Below, piece after piece: positions 36,282 through 47,610 of a stretch of DNA of 64,000 bases. This DNA is from Marsupella aquatica (Eukaryota; Plantae; Marchantiophyta): contig OZ316893.1 of assembly GCA_973895155.1 (NCBI GenBank), positions 10,359,660 to 10,423,659 of the forward strand, given 5' to 3'. The notes below the pieces were generated by a model. The model saw only the letters and a program-made list of their open reading frames with translations, was not told the origin of the DNA and ran no database searches. Made by a program: the position numbers and the translations under genes. Every line of letters starts with the position of its first letter. The first letter of the stretch is position 1.

Positions 36282-38459
36282 CTACTTAGGAATTTCATGG
36301 TAAAAGCTAGGTAGCTAGCACTAGCTAGACCTAATTAATGACCACTTCCCTCCATGTATTGACTTTTTCGGCATATATATGTTATCTACATTGTCATTAC
36401 CATTTTTTTGTTGCATGTTACTTTACTTATATATACCACTTAAATCTTTGGGCTCTAGCTGTGGCTATATATTTGTGCTTTTTAATATATATGAAATGAA
36501 AGCTTCCAATTCATTTCAAGTTGACCCTAGTTGAGTTCCCACATACTTCAAATGGATGTGGAGTCAAAAACCTATCGGAAACACAACATGCCTTAATTAG
36601 AAGCTAGGAAGATGATAAAACCCTCAAAAAACCCCGGCTCTACTGAAAACCGATATTTCCGATATTAAAAGAAACGGAACACATATGCCATACTACAGGT
36701 ATCGGGAAACTTTTCCATCTTTATCACATCGGAAATGACGTCCGTTTGTAATGGGTTCGGACACAAGTCGGAACATATTTCCGATTCCAAAAATATCGGA
36801 AATGTTTCATCCCTAAGTTCATCGGAACCAACATGCGATGTTTTATTTATCGGACGCCTCTTGCGTCGCGGTAGTCTCATTGTCCGATGCAGGTAGAATG
36901 GGAAATTCTCCGATAGTTTTTACATGGGAAACTATTTCCGATTCTAATAGTATGGGACAGTATGTGTCCGATGTAGAATTTATGGTAAATCCCCGATGCG
37001 GGGACAATCGGAGAGTACCGATCTTCTCTGTATCGGAAAGTGTTGCCGACCGAAAGAAGAGCATCGGAAAAACCCAAAATATGTACCAGTGAATGAACAT
37101 TGATTACACTGAAAAGATTGAAGCTCTGAAAATATTCCCTCTTCTGTTTGTGGATTTTCAGATGGACCATATTGCTGTCTATATACATCTGGCCAAGTGC
37201 GCAACGCAAGGCTCAACACAAAGGGAAGAGGAAGGAAAGGAGGAGTTGTGACGGTTCGCGCTCGACGGCATTGAGTAAGTAAGTAAACACAGAATGATGG
37301 GCATTTCAAGTATAGATTTTTGTGCGCCTCGAATACCAAGGCCTTCTTTGTTACATGTTCATAGACAAATTGCTCGTGATGACAAGTTGTGGCGCCGAGA
37401 GAAGATGGCAGCTTTGCAAGTTGGTGCTACTGTGAATCGATGCCCTTGCAACTAGTGTGCAGGAATTCGTAATGTTAGTGTCATGAATGTCCAGAAGCAC
37501 TTAGTAAGATATGGTAGGCATCCTTGGCATCGGGTTTGGCGAGGTGAGGAACATGATTCCTCAGATAATGAGTGGAATAGTGAATATATCCCAGGGTACT
37601 GTCATGGAGAACATATTCTGACCGAATCTCCAGATGCCATGGAAGAGGTCAATCCAGTCCTTGATGTTGGCATTGATGTCGACCGATTTTTAGGTGATCC
37701 CTTTTCTACGCCTAGTCCATTGAATGAAGCAGAGGAAGTTCGGACAGATTTTGTTGAAGAGGAACCTGAGAATGACCACTTTGACTTTGATTCGCTGTTT
37801 GACACCGATAACTCTAGTCCACCCACTGCCGAGCGGGGTGCTGAGAGCAGTAGCCCTCGGGGGTCTCACTATATGGAGGACCCCCCATCACCTGCGACGT
37901 TTTCATGCCTAGACCCCCATACTTATTAAGTTGAAATTTTTTTCCTCCCTCTTTCTTTCTTCTAAGAGTCTAAAATCCAAATTGTATTGCCCCTATAATT
38001 TGTGAAGTAAAGTGTCACATATCAATATAAAATGCCTAGAAAGAAAAGATAAGTCTATGTCAGTACCTTGTGAAGTCGTATGTCAGACATGGCACGCCCT
38101 GCAACAGTTCTTGCACCTTTGTCGACCTTAAACTTTGATCATTTCAATGCATCATTTATATTGTGTACCTAAAAGGTCATCCCAATATAAACCTTACGTG
38201 CATAAGTGGGATGGCCTTTAAGGTCACAACATAAATAATCCATTCCACCCATTGATCACCAATCCCATGCTCCATCCATACTCCATTTAAAACTTATGTT
38301 GAGAGATGTAACATGTGACGGAGGGGAATTGAACCCCTAATTGAGAAAGGATCTCAAGTTGCCAATCCGTCACCCCCTATCCTATCCCACTACACCCACT
38401 AATATTAACAAAATAAAACATATATACAGACTCTCAAAAACTAAACAGTAACATGATAT

Positions 38460-41400
38460 TTATACCATTGTTTGAAGATACTGATCCAAAGCACGTCTAT
38501 CTATTGGATCCAACACATAGATACGATCCATAACCCCTTCTTTCATGGTTAAACTAACACTAGCAATGACCATTTCAATATCCATCCATTTCAAATCAGT
38601 GGTATCATATCTGAATTCACTTTTGCTCTTACCAATAGGACTATACCAATTTAACAACAGTTCACAAATGTTACCTGATTGCCCTGCAAGTGGAGTTGGC
38701 CTATCCATCAAATCAATTGGTGACCGACAATTGCCCCACCTACTGCCATACTTCTGTCTCATTTGGACAATCCGACCCAACCAAAAATATTTCTTACCTG
38801 CTGAGATTGCCTCCACCACAACCTTATTCTTTCCTCCCTTTCTTTTTCCAGATCTAGTACTTGGAGCAGGACTATCATCAGACTCAAATGCAATTGCACA
38901 ATCAGTGCCAACATCAACAAAACATGAGTTAGGATTGACTTCTTGCACTTTTCTCTTGCCAGTACTATAGTATAGCACTTGTTTCACCCTTGTCAGCCTA
39001 TCTTTTGACAAATGCGGATTTCCTACCAACTGGCTTACCAGAGTGGATTTGTAAATCACCTTGCCTTCATAAGTAACAGTAGGCACTACCTTGGTACGAT
39101 TCTGTACATTAGTTACATCATGGACAACTGATCCAAACACATGCCAAACTTCATGACCTAATGTCTCAAGCTCATCTGAGGGGTCTACATCAAACTGTAT
39201 ATCATCTCTGTGTACATCATCTGAATGCATCTCAGGAACAACAATGGGATCTGGTTCTGTTAACCATGCATCTATTCTATTCAGATCATCCTCAGGATCT
39301 TCCAATTCATGAAAATCTCCAGTTGGGCGAGGACCTATGTCTGGTGGTTGGTGCTCTACTTGCTCCTCAGAATCATTGCAAACAATTGCTTCCTTCAGAA
39401 CCACCTCTAGTGGCCAGGTCTCACTTTCCACAACCCAAGGACATGTCCACCATCTCTTTCTAGCTGCTGGTAAGGAACTTCGTGGAGACATCTGCAATTG
39501 ATGCATAAGATCCTTAGCAGCAACAAAACCTTCTTTAAGGGCTGCAACCACTAATTCATTAGTCTCAATGAGAGAATAGTCAAGTAGATTTGGTGCTTCC
39601 TCCCCTTCCCCTATAGGATGAATCTTCCCCCATACATGATCTTGTTTCTTATGTGAACGACCTATCTTCAAGCCTTCTGGTCCATATTCTAGGGCAGCAA
39701 GCCGGTTCAGTCCAACAGCACTATCCAACAGAGAGCCAAAATCATAATTCCGCTCATGGCCACTCATGCCTCCTACCTTGCTGAAGAAAATCTCACAACA
39801 ATCTGAACCTAGCAAGTGGAAGGGAACACCTAGATGTGGGAACTTATCTCGAAAGGCACAAATTAACAGCACAATGAAATGACATGACATGTTAACATCA
39901 TGAAAAGCCTGAATAGACATCATGTCTTTCTCAGTGTGTGCTGCAAAGTTCCCACCCACTGAATGGTCACCAAACCTCAACCACAATCTCCACAAACGTA
40001 GAAAGAATGAAACCTTGGATGCTAACACAATACGGGACCTCAAATCATGAACTGGAGAAAAGAAAATATCTAAGTAATCTGCACAAATCTCCAAGTACAA
40101 CTGAGTTCCTAAACTTCGTTCATGTTGTACATCTCTCCTCTCATACATATCTTTCAGACATTGCTGCACTCTTCTTGCTGCTATTCGTTGTGGACCTGCC
40201 CAATTCTGCCGGTCAGTCCTATTCACATCATCCCAAGCCATGCCATGTTCATGAATTGGATAATGATTGTAGACATTAGCTACATAAGATAAAGATGCAT
40301 GTTGATCTCCTAGCACCAGTAAAGAAGACACTCTGTCTAAGGGGTTTATCATCTTTTTCCCATTATGAGGTTGGTCTTGGTCACCAAAGCCATACAAATC
40401 TCCATTTGGTAGAATTGAAACAGAGTATGTCCACCCTTCCCACCCAACTCCATACCTTGGGTATGATCCATTCTGCCCTCTGTAATCTTCCAGCATCAGC
40501 TTTCGGCGACGTGCATCACCATCACTAGCATGTCCAAGCAAAGGGCCTACCATAGCTCTACAATATTCATCCCAAAAAGCCTTTAACTGGACCCAATGCT
40601 CTCGTACCCAAGAAGCTGTGAACTTATTACAAGTTGGAAGTGCACACACAGCCAATTTAGGTAAGGACTCATGCAGAGGATTCACAATCACAACTCGGGC
40701 ATACATGCACTTGGGGCATTGTTCAAATGTACTTACAATTTTATCATACCCCTCATCACCTTCACCAACTAGAATTTCCAAACCATAGGAGCATACATGC
40801 TGCTCTGAAGGTCCACAGAAACCAATGAGAGTATCATACTTTGCCTCCCACCTGAAACACAGACATGCAATTTTTCAATATCACAGCAATTCCAGCCAAG
40901 TGCTACTTGTAAAGTCATTAAAAAAACAATTGGAAAAATGTCCAGTTCCAATTACCTAGGGCGTTCTTTGATCCTTGTTTCATCCTCAGCAAAGATAACA
41001 GGCACATCCCCCTCAATGCCCAATGAGTGCTTTGCAGCAGACAACACTCTAGCAATCTCCTGAAAGGTTTCCTTCCGTAACCCGGTTCGAAAAGGTGTGA
41101 GTTTTGCTCTATCACGTTTTAGGGTCACAAGGCTAGGGGCTATCAAGTTTCGTGCAAAACAATGAGCAACTTGACGGCCCCCAAATTGGAACATAGCCTG
41201 AGCAATAGCTCGAGTCCTATTACTGTAACGATTACCTTTTGGCTTCCTGCCTAAATTGCGAGCTACATCCTTCAAGAAATCCCACAAACCCTCCTTACCA
41301 CCAAATGCACCATTCCTGTGTCCATTCAAAATACTCCTAAGAAACAATCTCAAATCCTTCCTGTCTGCTGCAACTCCTAACAACTCCTCTAGTTTTCGTT

Positions 41401-43036
41401 TCCTGGTGCTCAAGGCACATACTTTCTGAGCCTGCAAAGCTAACAACCAACGCTCTTTTTGTCGCACAGAGTTCAGGTTGTGCACTTGATCTCTTAACTC
41501 TGTGTTGGTCAAATAATCCAAACGTATACCACCAGCAGTGGTTCGGCTCCCTCTGTGGACTACTGCTTCCGCTTCCCTGTGCACCCGTCCACGAAAATCA
41601 TCTTCTAGTGTTATAGAATCACATTCACTACAAGTTAGATTTTCAAATCCTCCTCCATTCTGTGATAACCTCAAGCAATCCTTGTGTCTAAAACAGCCTG
41701 CTATACTCACAACACTCTCTCTACTTGGATGGAAAACATCCAAGCAACAACTTGGCTCACAATGCCATGTAATTCCCCCAGACTGATCATCTAAAATGCC
41801 AGAAATATCATAAGATATACCCTTCCATAACAGTCGAGGCACACCTCTCTCTACCCATAATCCCCAGCAAAGCAAACTCAGACCAAGATCAACAGATTCA
41901 CACACACCTGAACCTGAACCTGAACTGCTGCCTGTCCGGGACCCATCATCTTTAAAGAACTTCAAAATCCCGCTCTGACCAGGATGTAGGTCCCTAGAAT
42001 CAGTCCTCTTTGGCCTGCCCCTCTTCCCAGACCTCAAGGCAAGCATTTTTGTGTCATGCCTAGTCTCCAATGCATCCAAGTGATCTCGACTCACTAAGTG
42101 TGTCCTCAAATTGGGCTCCAAGGTAAGCTTCTTGGGGCACAAGGCAGTGTGAAGCATTCCACAGACAGTACAGCTAACCTTAAACAGGAAAGACCTGTTT
42201 ACATACTCAGGAGTACTGGGATCAGGAACAATAGAGAATAGTTTGTCATCATCCCCAAGCTCAGCATTCAATCGCTGAACTATCTCAACACCTACTTTGA
42301 TGGCGTCTGCATGATCATATTCTGGCTTCTCAGAGATGTCTGCTACCTGAACCAAAGTAGAAGGAATGCCCCTTCTCCGACAATAGTTATCCTTATGCTT
42401 ATTGAAGACCAAGTGTTTGGTCTTAAAATTACTAAAGCAATTGGAGATGGATTTAGGGTTTTGAGAGTTGTCTGCATTGCCATAAGTTTCCCTACATTCA
42501 AGACACTCCAGATGCCCTCGAACATCTGTCCCCTCATCCCAGGTACGAATTCTCCAATTGTGATCACCATAACCCTTCTTATGTACCCATTTCTCTAACC
42601 TCATCCACTCATCTTTCCATAGCTTTGATGGGACATCTCCCATCAATTGTGACTCAAAAGAAGCCCTTACAGGGGAGGGTGCTAGTGCTGTTGGCCTCAG
42701 TTGTGGTGTCTCAGTATTTGGACCCAATGATGCAGGAGTGCAAGGATGACAGGGTACTGGTGGGATCCTCCCACCATCTCCAAGTTCTTGTTGTACAACA
42801 ATAACTCTTCCATCCAGCTCAGACAGATCAATTAATTTCTCATGTACAAGTTTCACTCGACCAGGAAGTCTCTCATCCCAAAAATCGAAGTCAAAGTCTA
42901 GAGTAGAGGCAATACGAGCCCTAAAATCATGTAGGGTGTGTCCTTCTTTGAATGACAAAACACAGATTGGTAAATCAGCCTTGTCATCCCCAACTTTGCG
43001 TATTAATTTAACAGAGTTGGGTTTAGGGGCTGCCAT
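38460..43036 (-). CDS. Intact ~1490-aa P-element/THAP9-like DDE transposase with N-terminal C2H2-like zinc fingers
   Basis: Exons 43036-40956 and 40851-38460 total 4473 nt with no stops. Catalytic-type motifs: FAEDET, HASDGD, DQPHNGKK (DxxH), DRQN, GSDCCEIFFSK. Two CxxC...HxxxxxH fingers lie N-terminal. Confidence 0.75.
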
Positions 43037-43535
43037 TGCAATACAAATCTAGAACATGCATAGCACCATTGCTTTTGGAGTCGATAACAGAAAGACCTGC
43101 ACAAATACATTTGAAATACACACAAGGGAAACACATTAGGATCTTCAAGAGATGCAATGACAACATACACATTCTCATGTCAGTAATGTACATAATGTCA
43201 GCATACATTTAACAATAGAAGTGCTAATAGGCCAAAACACTTTATAATGCAATCCATCATACATGCAAATGTATTCAGTGAAAATCATGATATACCGTTA
43301 AAGTTGGATAAAATATCTTTAGAAAAAATATCCTTTTTGCCTGGTTTTCTAACAATTCCCGAGGTTTAGTGGTTTTGCTCATCAAAATGCAGCACTATTA
43401 GTGATCGTAATTATGACAAAATGTCAACACTAATAAAATTGGGTACTACCACCCATGATGCAGCTTAAGTATATGCCTTGCTCATACCCCACTAAGACGT
43501 TGAAACCTAAGTAATAGGTTTATTCATTATTCAGA

Positions 43536-44285
43536 TCACTGGAGCCATGAAATGTGGTCCCTGATTGGAGTCTTCAGGTGTGGATCAATAGGATGACGGG
43601 GGCAATAAAACATCTGTCGCTGTTGTCCATGTGCTTCATGTTCCCAGATGTCCCTATCATGAGCAAACCCTTTGCTTTTGATCATCTGGAGACAATCTGT
43701 ATGCCAGGCATTTGGACATCGTAAACATTGTACCATGTTCTTGACCATCTGACCCTCAAGACTCTGATAACATGTCACACATGTATGCAGTGGGCAGGAC
43801 TTTGCAGCAGCTACCAAACACCCAAAGCAATAAAATCGTACACAAAAATGATCAGAGCATTTTCGCACAATTGTAGGTGACGGTCCCACAGTGCGGCACC
43901 CATAACACATGGCCTGGTCCTGGTTACAATTTGGGCAAAACCATGGCTTCCCTCCATGATGGAGGGGAAGGACTACACAGGGGCAAGAGTCATTAGGGGC
44001 TTCATCTCCAACCACATAATGAAATTGCCTGTGACATGGCCCATCACAAATTACCAACTTCCCACCATGCTCACAAATTGCACAAACATGAGGGCTGGTT
44101 TGTAGAATCTCTTGCTCAGAGAACAAGGGAATACACAATACCTCTTCTAAAGAGGACTGTGTTGCTTTCTTTATGTTTGAAGTCCTTGTCGGCATGGTTA
44201 CAACTGAAATCATCACAAAGCACATCACATATGAGAGGGACATGTATGATACTGGGCAATCCATAGAACTTGGAGAAATCCACAT
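43536..44285 (-). CDS. EDM2-like composite PHD-finger cassette carried by the P-like element (start likely ATG 44195 or an upstream exon)
   Basis: CAICEHGGKLVICDGPCHRQFH...FCPNC...CYGC...CPLHTCVTC...CLRCPNAWHTDCL...YCPRHPIDPHLKTPIRDH is collinear with the EDM2 PHD region as I recall it. Confidence 0.8.
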   Translation of the reverse strand: MWISPSSMDCPVSYMSLSYVMCFVMISVVTMPTRTSNIKKATQSSLEEVLCIPLFSEQEILQTSPHVCAICEHGGKLVICDGPCHRQFHYVVGDEAPNDSCPCVVLPLHHGGKPWFCPNCNQDQAMCYGCRTVGPSPTIVRKCSDHFCVRFYCFGCLVAAAKSCPLHTCVTCYQSLEGQMVKNMVQCLRCPNAWHTDCLQMIKSKGFAHDRDIWEHEAHGQQRQMFYCPRHPIDPHLKTPIRDHISWLQ

Positions 44286-44537
44286 TTGAAGTAGTTACAA
44301 ACCTGCTCCAATGATCTGCAAACCTCCCTCCCAGATGAAGTCAACTACACAGTGCAGCCTGGACACCCACCAACCAAGACATACATAAATACAATGCCAG
44401 CTTGCGAAACTTTGCCACATAATGGGAATGAAAATTATTCTCATATATCATGGATGGTACAATTGCAGCCTTGCAAACAAAGGCCTAGTCATCCCGGACC
44501 TCAAGTCATGAACAACGCATCCATGTACTATCAGGGA

Positions 44538-44936
44538 CTACAATGTCAAGCATCCATGGGCTGTAACCTTAGCTTGACCTGGAATACTATCTGGGGCTAC
44601 AATATCAAGCTCAGTTATATGTGGAATACTATCTAGGACTACAATGTCAAGCGTGTCCGGGATGACAATCTTGCGTAAAAGACACTCATTTTGAGGCCAA
44701 ATGGTTGGCCTTATACAAGAGCACCTCCAGCGACGTGTGACAACTTTGCCATGCTTTCCCATGTATGTCCTAGTAACAAGTCTTCCACGCATTTTCAAGC
44801 AGAAGCAATGGAACCATTCAAAATTGCCATCACCAACCCTGCACTTCACACAAGATTCGCACCAGCAGCATTCATCTGGATGCTGCAAAAGGAGCTTCTC
44901 ATAATTCGCTTCTAATGTAATGCCCAATTTAGCCAT
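44538..44936 (-). CDS. Cys-rich ORF of unknown function, possibly an upstream exon of the PHD gene
   Basis: ATG-initiated with CCWCESCVKC...HCFC...H...CSC. It is on the same strand as, and directly upstream of, the PHD ORF. Confidence 0.35.
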   Translation of the reverse strand: MAKLGITLEANYEKLLLQHPDECCWCESCVKCRVGDGNFEWFHCFCLKMRGRLVTRTYMGKHGKVVTRRWRCSCIRPTIWPQNECLLRKIVIPDTLDIVVLDSIPHITELDIVAPDSIPGQAKVTAHGCLTL

Positions 44937-46168
44937 GGCACTATTTTTTTTACTCGGTGAATGGCCAGGCGATCAGACGTGCAATGACAGGCAACTTACA
45001 ATTCACTAGGTACAGTATGTGCTCTAGCAAACTGCTTCACCGCAAGTGCTGGTGCTCACAGCTGCAAGCACTGATTTCTTTTGCAACCTGTGAACAAAAT
45101 TAAAACCACCAGTTCAATAAGTTTCAAATGCTGCAAGCGCTGAAGACAACCAATTGGCCATGATGCATGTTACGACAGCAATAAACAAATAATTGGGCTC
45201 AACAGACCTGAATAGCTAACCTGAATAGCTAACCTGAATAGGATCATGGACCTCTCATAGCTATGGTGTCCTTCCTACATTACACATTGGTCTAATTTAT
45301 GCAGTGTTTCACTATGATTGTGTTCCATAGAAGAGCATCCAATCTGGCTGACCATTGGAGGAAGCTTGGGCTGGGTCATAGCTACAGCAATTACTCCTCT
45401 GCAAATGCTATTTGTTGGTAACACATGTTTACTCATCAGTAGACGAATGAAGCATCTGAGGTTTTTGAAACTTGTGCTCTGATGAGGGAGTGAGTGACGT
45501 GGGAGCCATGATAATCATAGATTCAGTGCAAAAGCAAAATCCATGCTCAAAGGCAAACGTGGCAAAATTGGGTATATGTTCTTCACTGCCAAAGCTTCTG
45601 TTTGCGCAGCAAAATCCACGAAAGGAATGAAGGAACAAGGGGGAACTCCAGACTCAAGAGCCTCAATTGCTGCATTGTGGAAACACGTTGCGTGGGAGAA
45701 GTCGTTGGCTTGTAGAAGAAGTAAAAGTGTGCTGGTGAAGGATTTTGTGGTCGGGGTGCATCATAAGGTTGACACAGAGAAGAGAGAGGTGTGGAGAGGC
45801 GAGGAGAGGAGCAGAAAAGTAGGAAAGGCCGTGTAAGGCAGTCGATAAAAAGCGAGTTAGGTTTGGAGTGTCCTCTCGACAGCAAAGGATTTCGTGTGTG
45901 CTGAATTTGTTGCTGGTCCAAATTCCAGGAGCCAGTCAGTAACGGAATAGTGGAATTTTGGGAATAGCAGATGACCTAGGAAGTCAAAAATGGATCTCAG
46001 TAGTGGCTCCAAACCATAGCTGCAAGGGCATGGCGAGCTCTAGAGGACAAAAAACTGAAAGAGCTTATTGCCATTCACGGAGCTCAAAACTGGAATTTTA
46101 CTTCTGATAAGCTAAACGGGCAGATCAGGTACCACATCGTCTATGACCGCTACTAGATAAGGTGTGCC

Positions 46169-46775
46169 ATGCGTGGCCTGTCTAGACCAACATTGGTGCA
46201 TGACTTGGCAATTACCCGTGACTATGTCGTCTTCATGGACTGTCTGCTGCGTCTCGATCCAAAGCGGATGGTCATGAAGGATCAATTTGCAATCGCTCAC
46301 AGCACAAGCACACCTTTCCGTTTAGGTCTACTGCCAAAATATGCCAAGGATGAAACGGAGATGTGCTGGTCCAACTTTCCTTCAGCCATCAATTTCCACG
46401 TCGCAAACGGATGGCAGGAAGGAGATGAAATCGTTTTAGTTACGTGGCGAATGCCAACAACGGATCTACTTCGGATCACTGACGTTTGCCCGTGATTGCA
46501 CGAGTATCGGATCAACTGGAAGACTGGAGAGACTACGGACAGAAGGCTGGGGGAGTTCGATACTGAATATCCCGTGATTAACAAGAATTATATTGGCAAG
46601 AAGACCCGATACATCTACACAGCTACTCGTTCAGCTGGAGTTGACAGCCAATCTAGCAGATATGGAATCATTAAATTTGATTTGAGTAACGGACCTGAGT
46701 TGGGTAAAGAAACACTGCAGGTCGGAGGGAATGTGGGAGGTGTCTTCTGGCATGGGCTTCAAACAATAGCAAGCA
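46169..46775 (+). pseudogene. Intronless fragment of a carotenoid cleavage dioxygenase (CCD1-like) captured in the P-like element
   Basis: Reads PTLVHDLAITRDYVVFMD, RLGLLPKYAKDE, FHVANGWQEGDEIVL, EYRINWKTG, EYPVINKNYIGKKTRYIY, GIIKFDL, LQVGGNVGGVF. It has an internal TGA at 46493 and lacks both ends. Confidence 0.85.
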
Positions 46776-47109
46776 ACCAAGCACGATCGTCAAAGCAGGA
46801 AGCGCCCACCTCCCGGTTGAGCAACGTACATAGCAATGCTGGCAGTAGCCTTGGCACTCCTGTTTGAGCAAGCATTGAGAGAGAGCAGCAACGTAGCACT
46901 CTCGCTCCCATTTCAGCAAGCTAGCATGCAGCTCCCATTTCAGCAAGGTAGCAGCTTCCGTTTCAGCAAGCAGCAATGCCACACTCCCGGCACCCACCCC
47001 CTGTTTGAGCAACAACACAACAATCACATAAACTTTCCTATCATTTCAGCAAGAAGGAACGTAGCACACTCCCTCAACCACAGACAGTAGCGCACCTATA
47101 CACTCCAAC

Positions 47110-47610
47110 CTTGCAGCGCAGCCAACACTCTTGCCCGATCATTCACTCCAAGCAGCGCGCGCAGCCGAGAGTGCAACACTCTCACTTGATCCTTCACTCC
47201 CGGGTTCACTCCAAGTAGCAGCGCATCCGAGAAGTCTTGCTCTCCCCTTCACTCTAAGCAGCAGCGCAGTTGAGAACTCTCGCTCTCCCCTTCACTCTAA
47301 GCAGCAACGCAGCCGAGAACGACCTTGATCCTTCACTCCAAGTAGCAGCGCGCAGCCGAGAACACTTGGTTGATCCTTCACGTCAAGCAGCAGCGGCAGT
47401 AGCGCAGCCAAGAGTGCAACACTCTCGCTCTCCCCTTCACTCCAAGGCGCAGCCGATAACTCTTCAAATCCCTTCACTTCAAGCAGCAGCGACAGTAGCG
47501 CAGCCAAGAGTGCAACACTCGTTCTCGATCTCCCCTTCACTCCAAGGCGTAGCTGACAACTCTCGCTCAATCCTTCGCGAGCAGCAGTGCAGCCGTAGCA
47601 GCAGCACACT
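47110..47610. repeat. Degenerate tandem repeats (GCAGCC(A/G)AGAGTGCAACACTC / CCCCTTCACTC blocks)
   Basis: The blocks recur at ~47160, 47240, 47285, 47405 and 47500. Confidence 0.7.

Larger units (their letters stand above)
26822..37091. mobile_element. CACTA-B, complete 10,270-bp element
   Basis: The left end is CACTAGTACAT and the right end is ATGTACCAGTG (reverse complement CACTGGTACAT). The 3-bp TSD AAT is at 26819-26821 and 37092-37094. TCCGAT/ATCGGA subterminal arrays lie at both ends. Confidence 0.93.
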
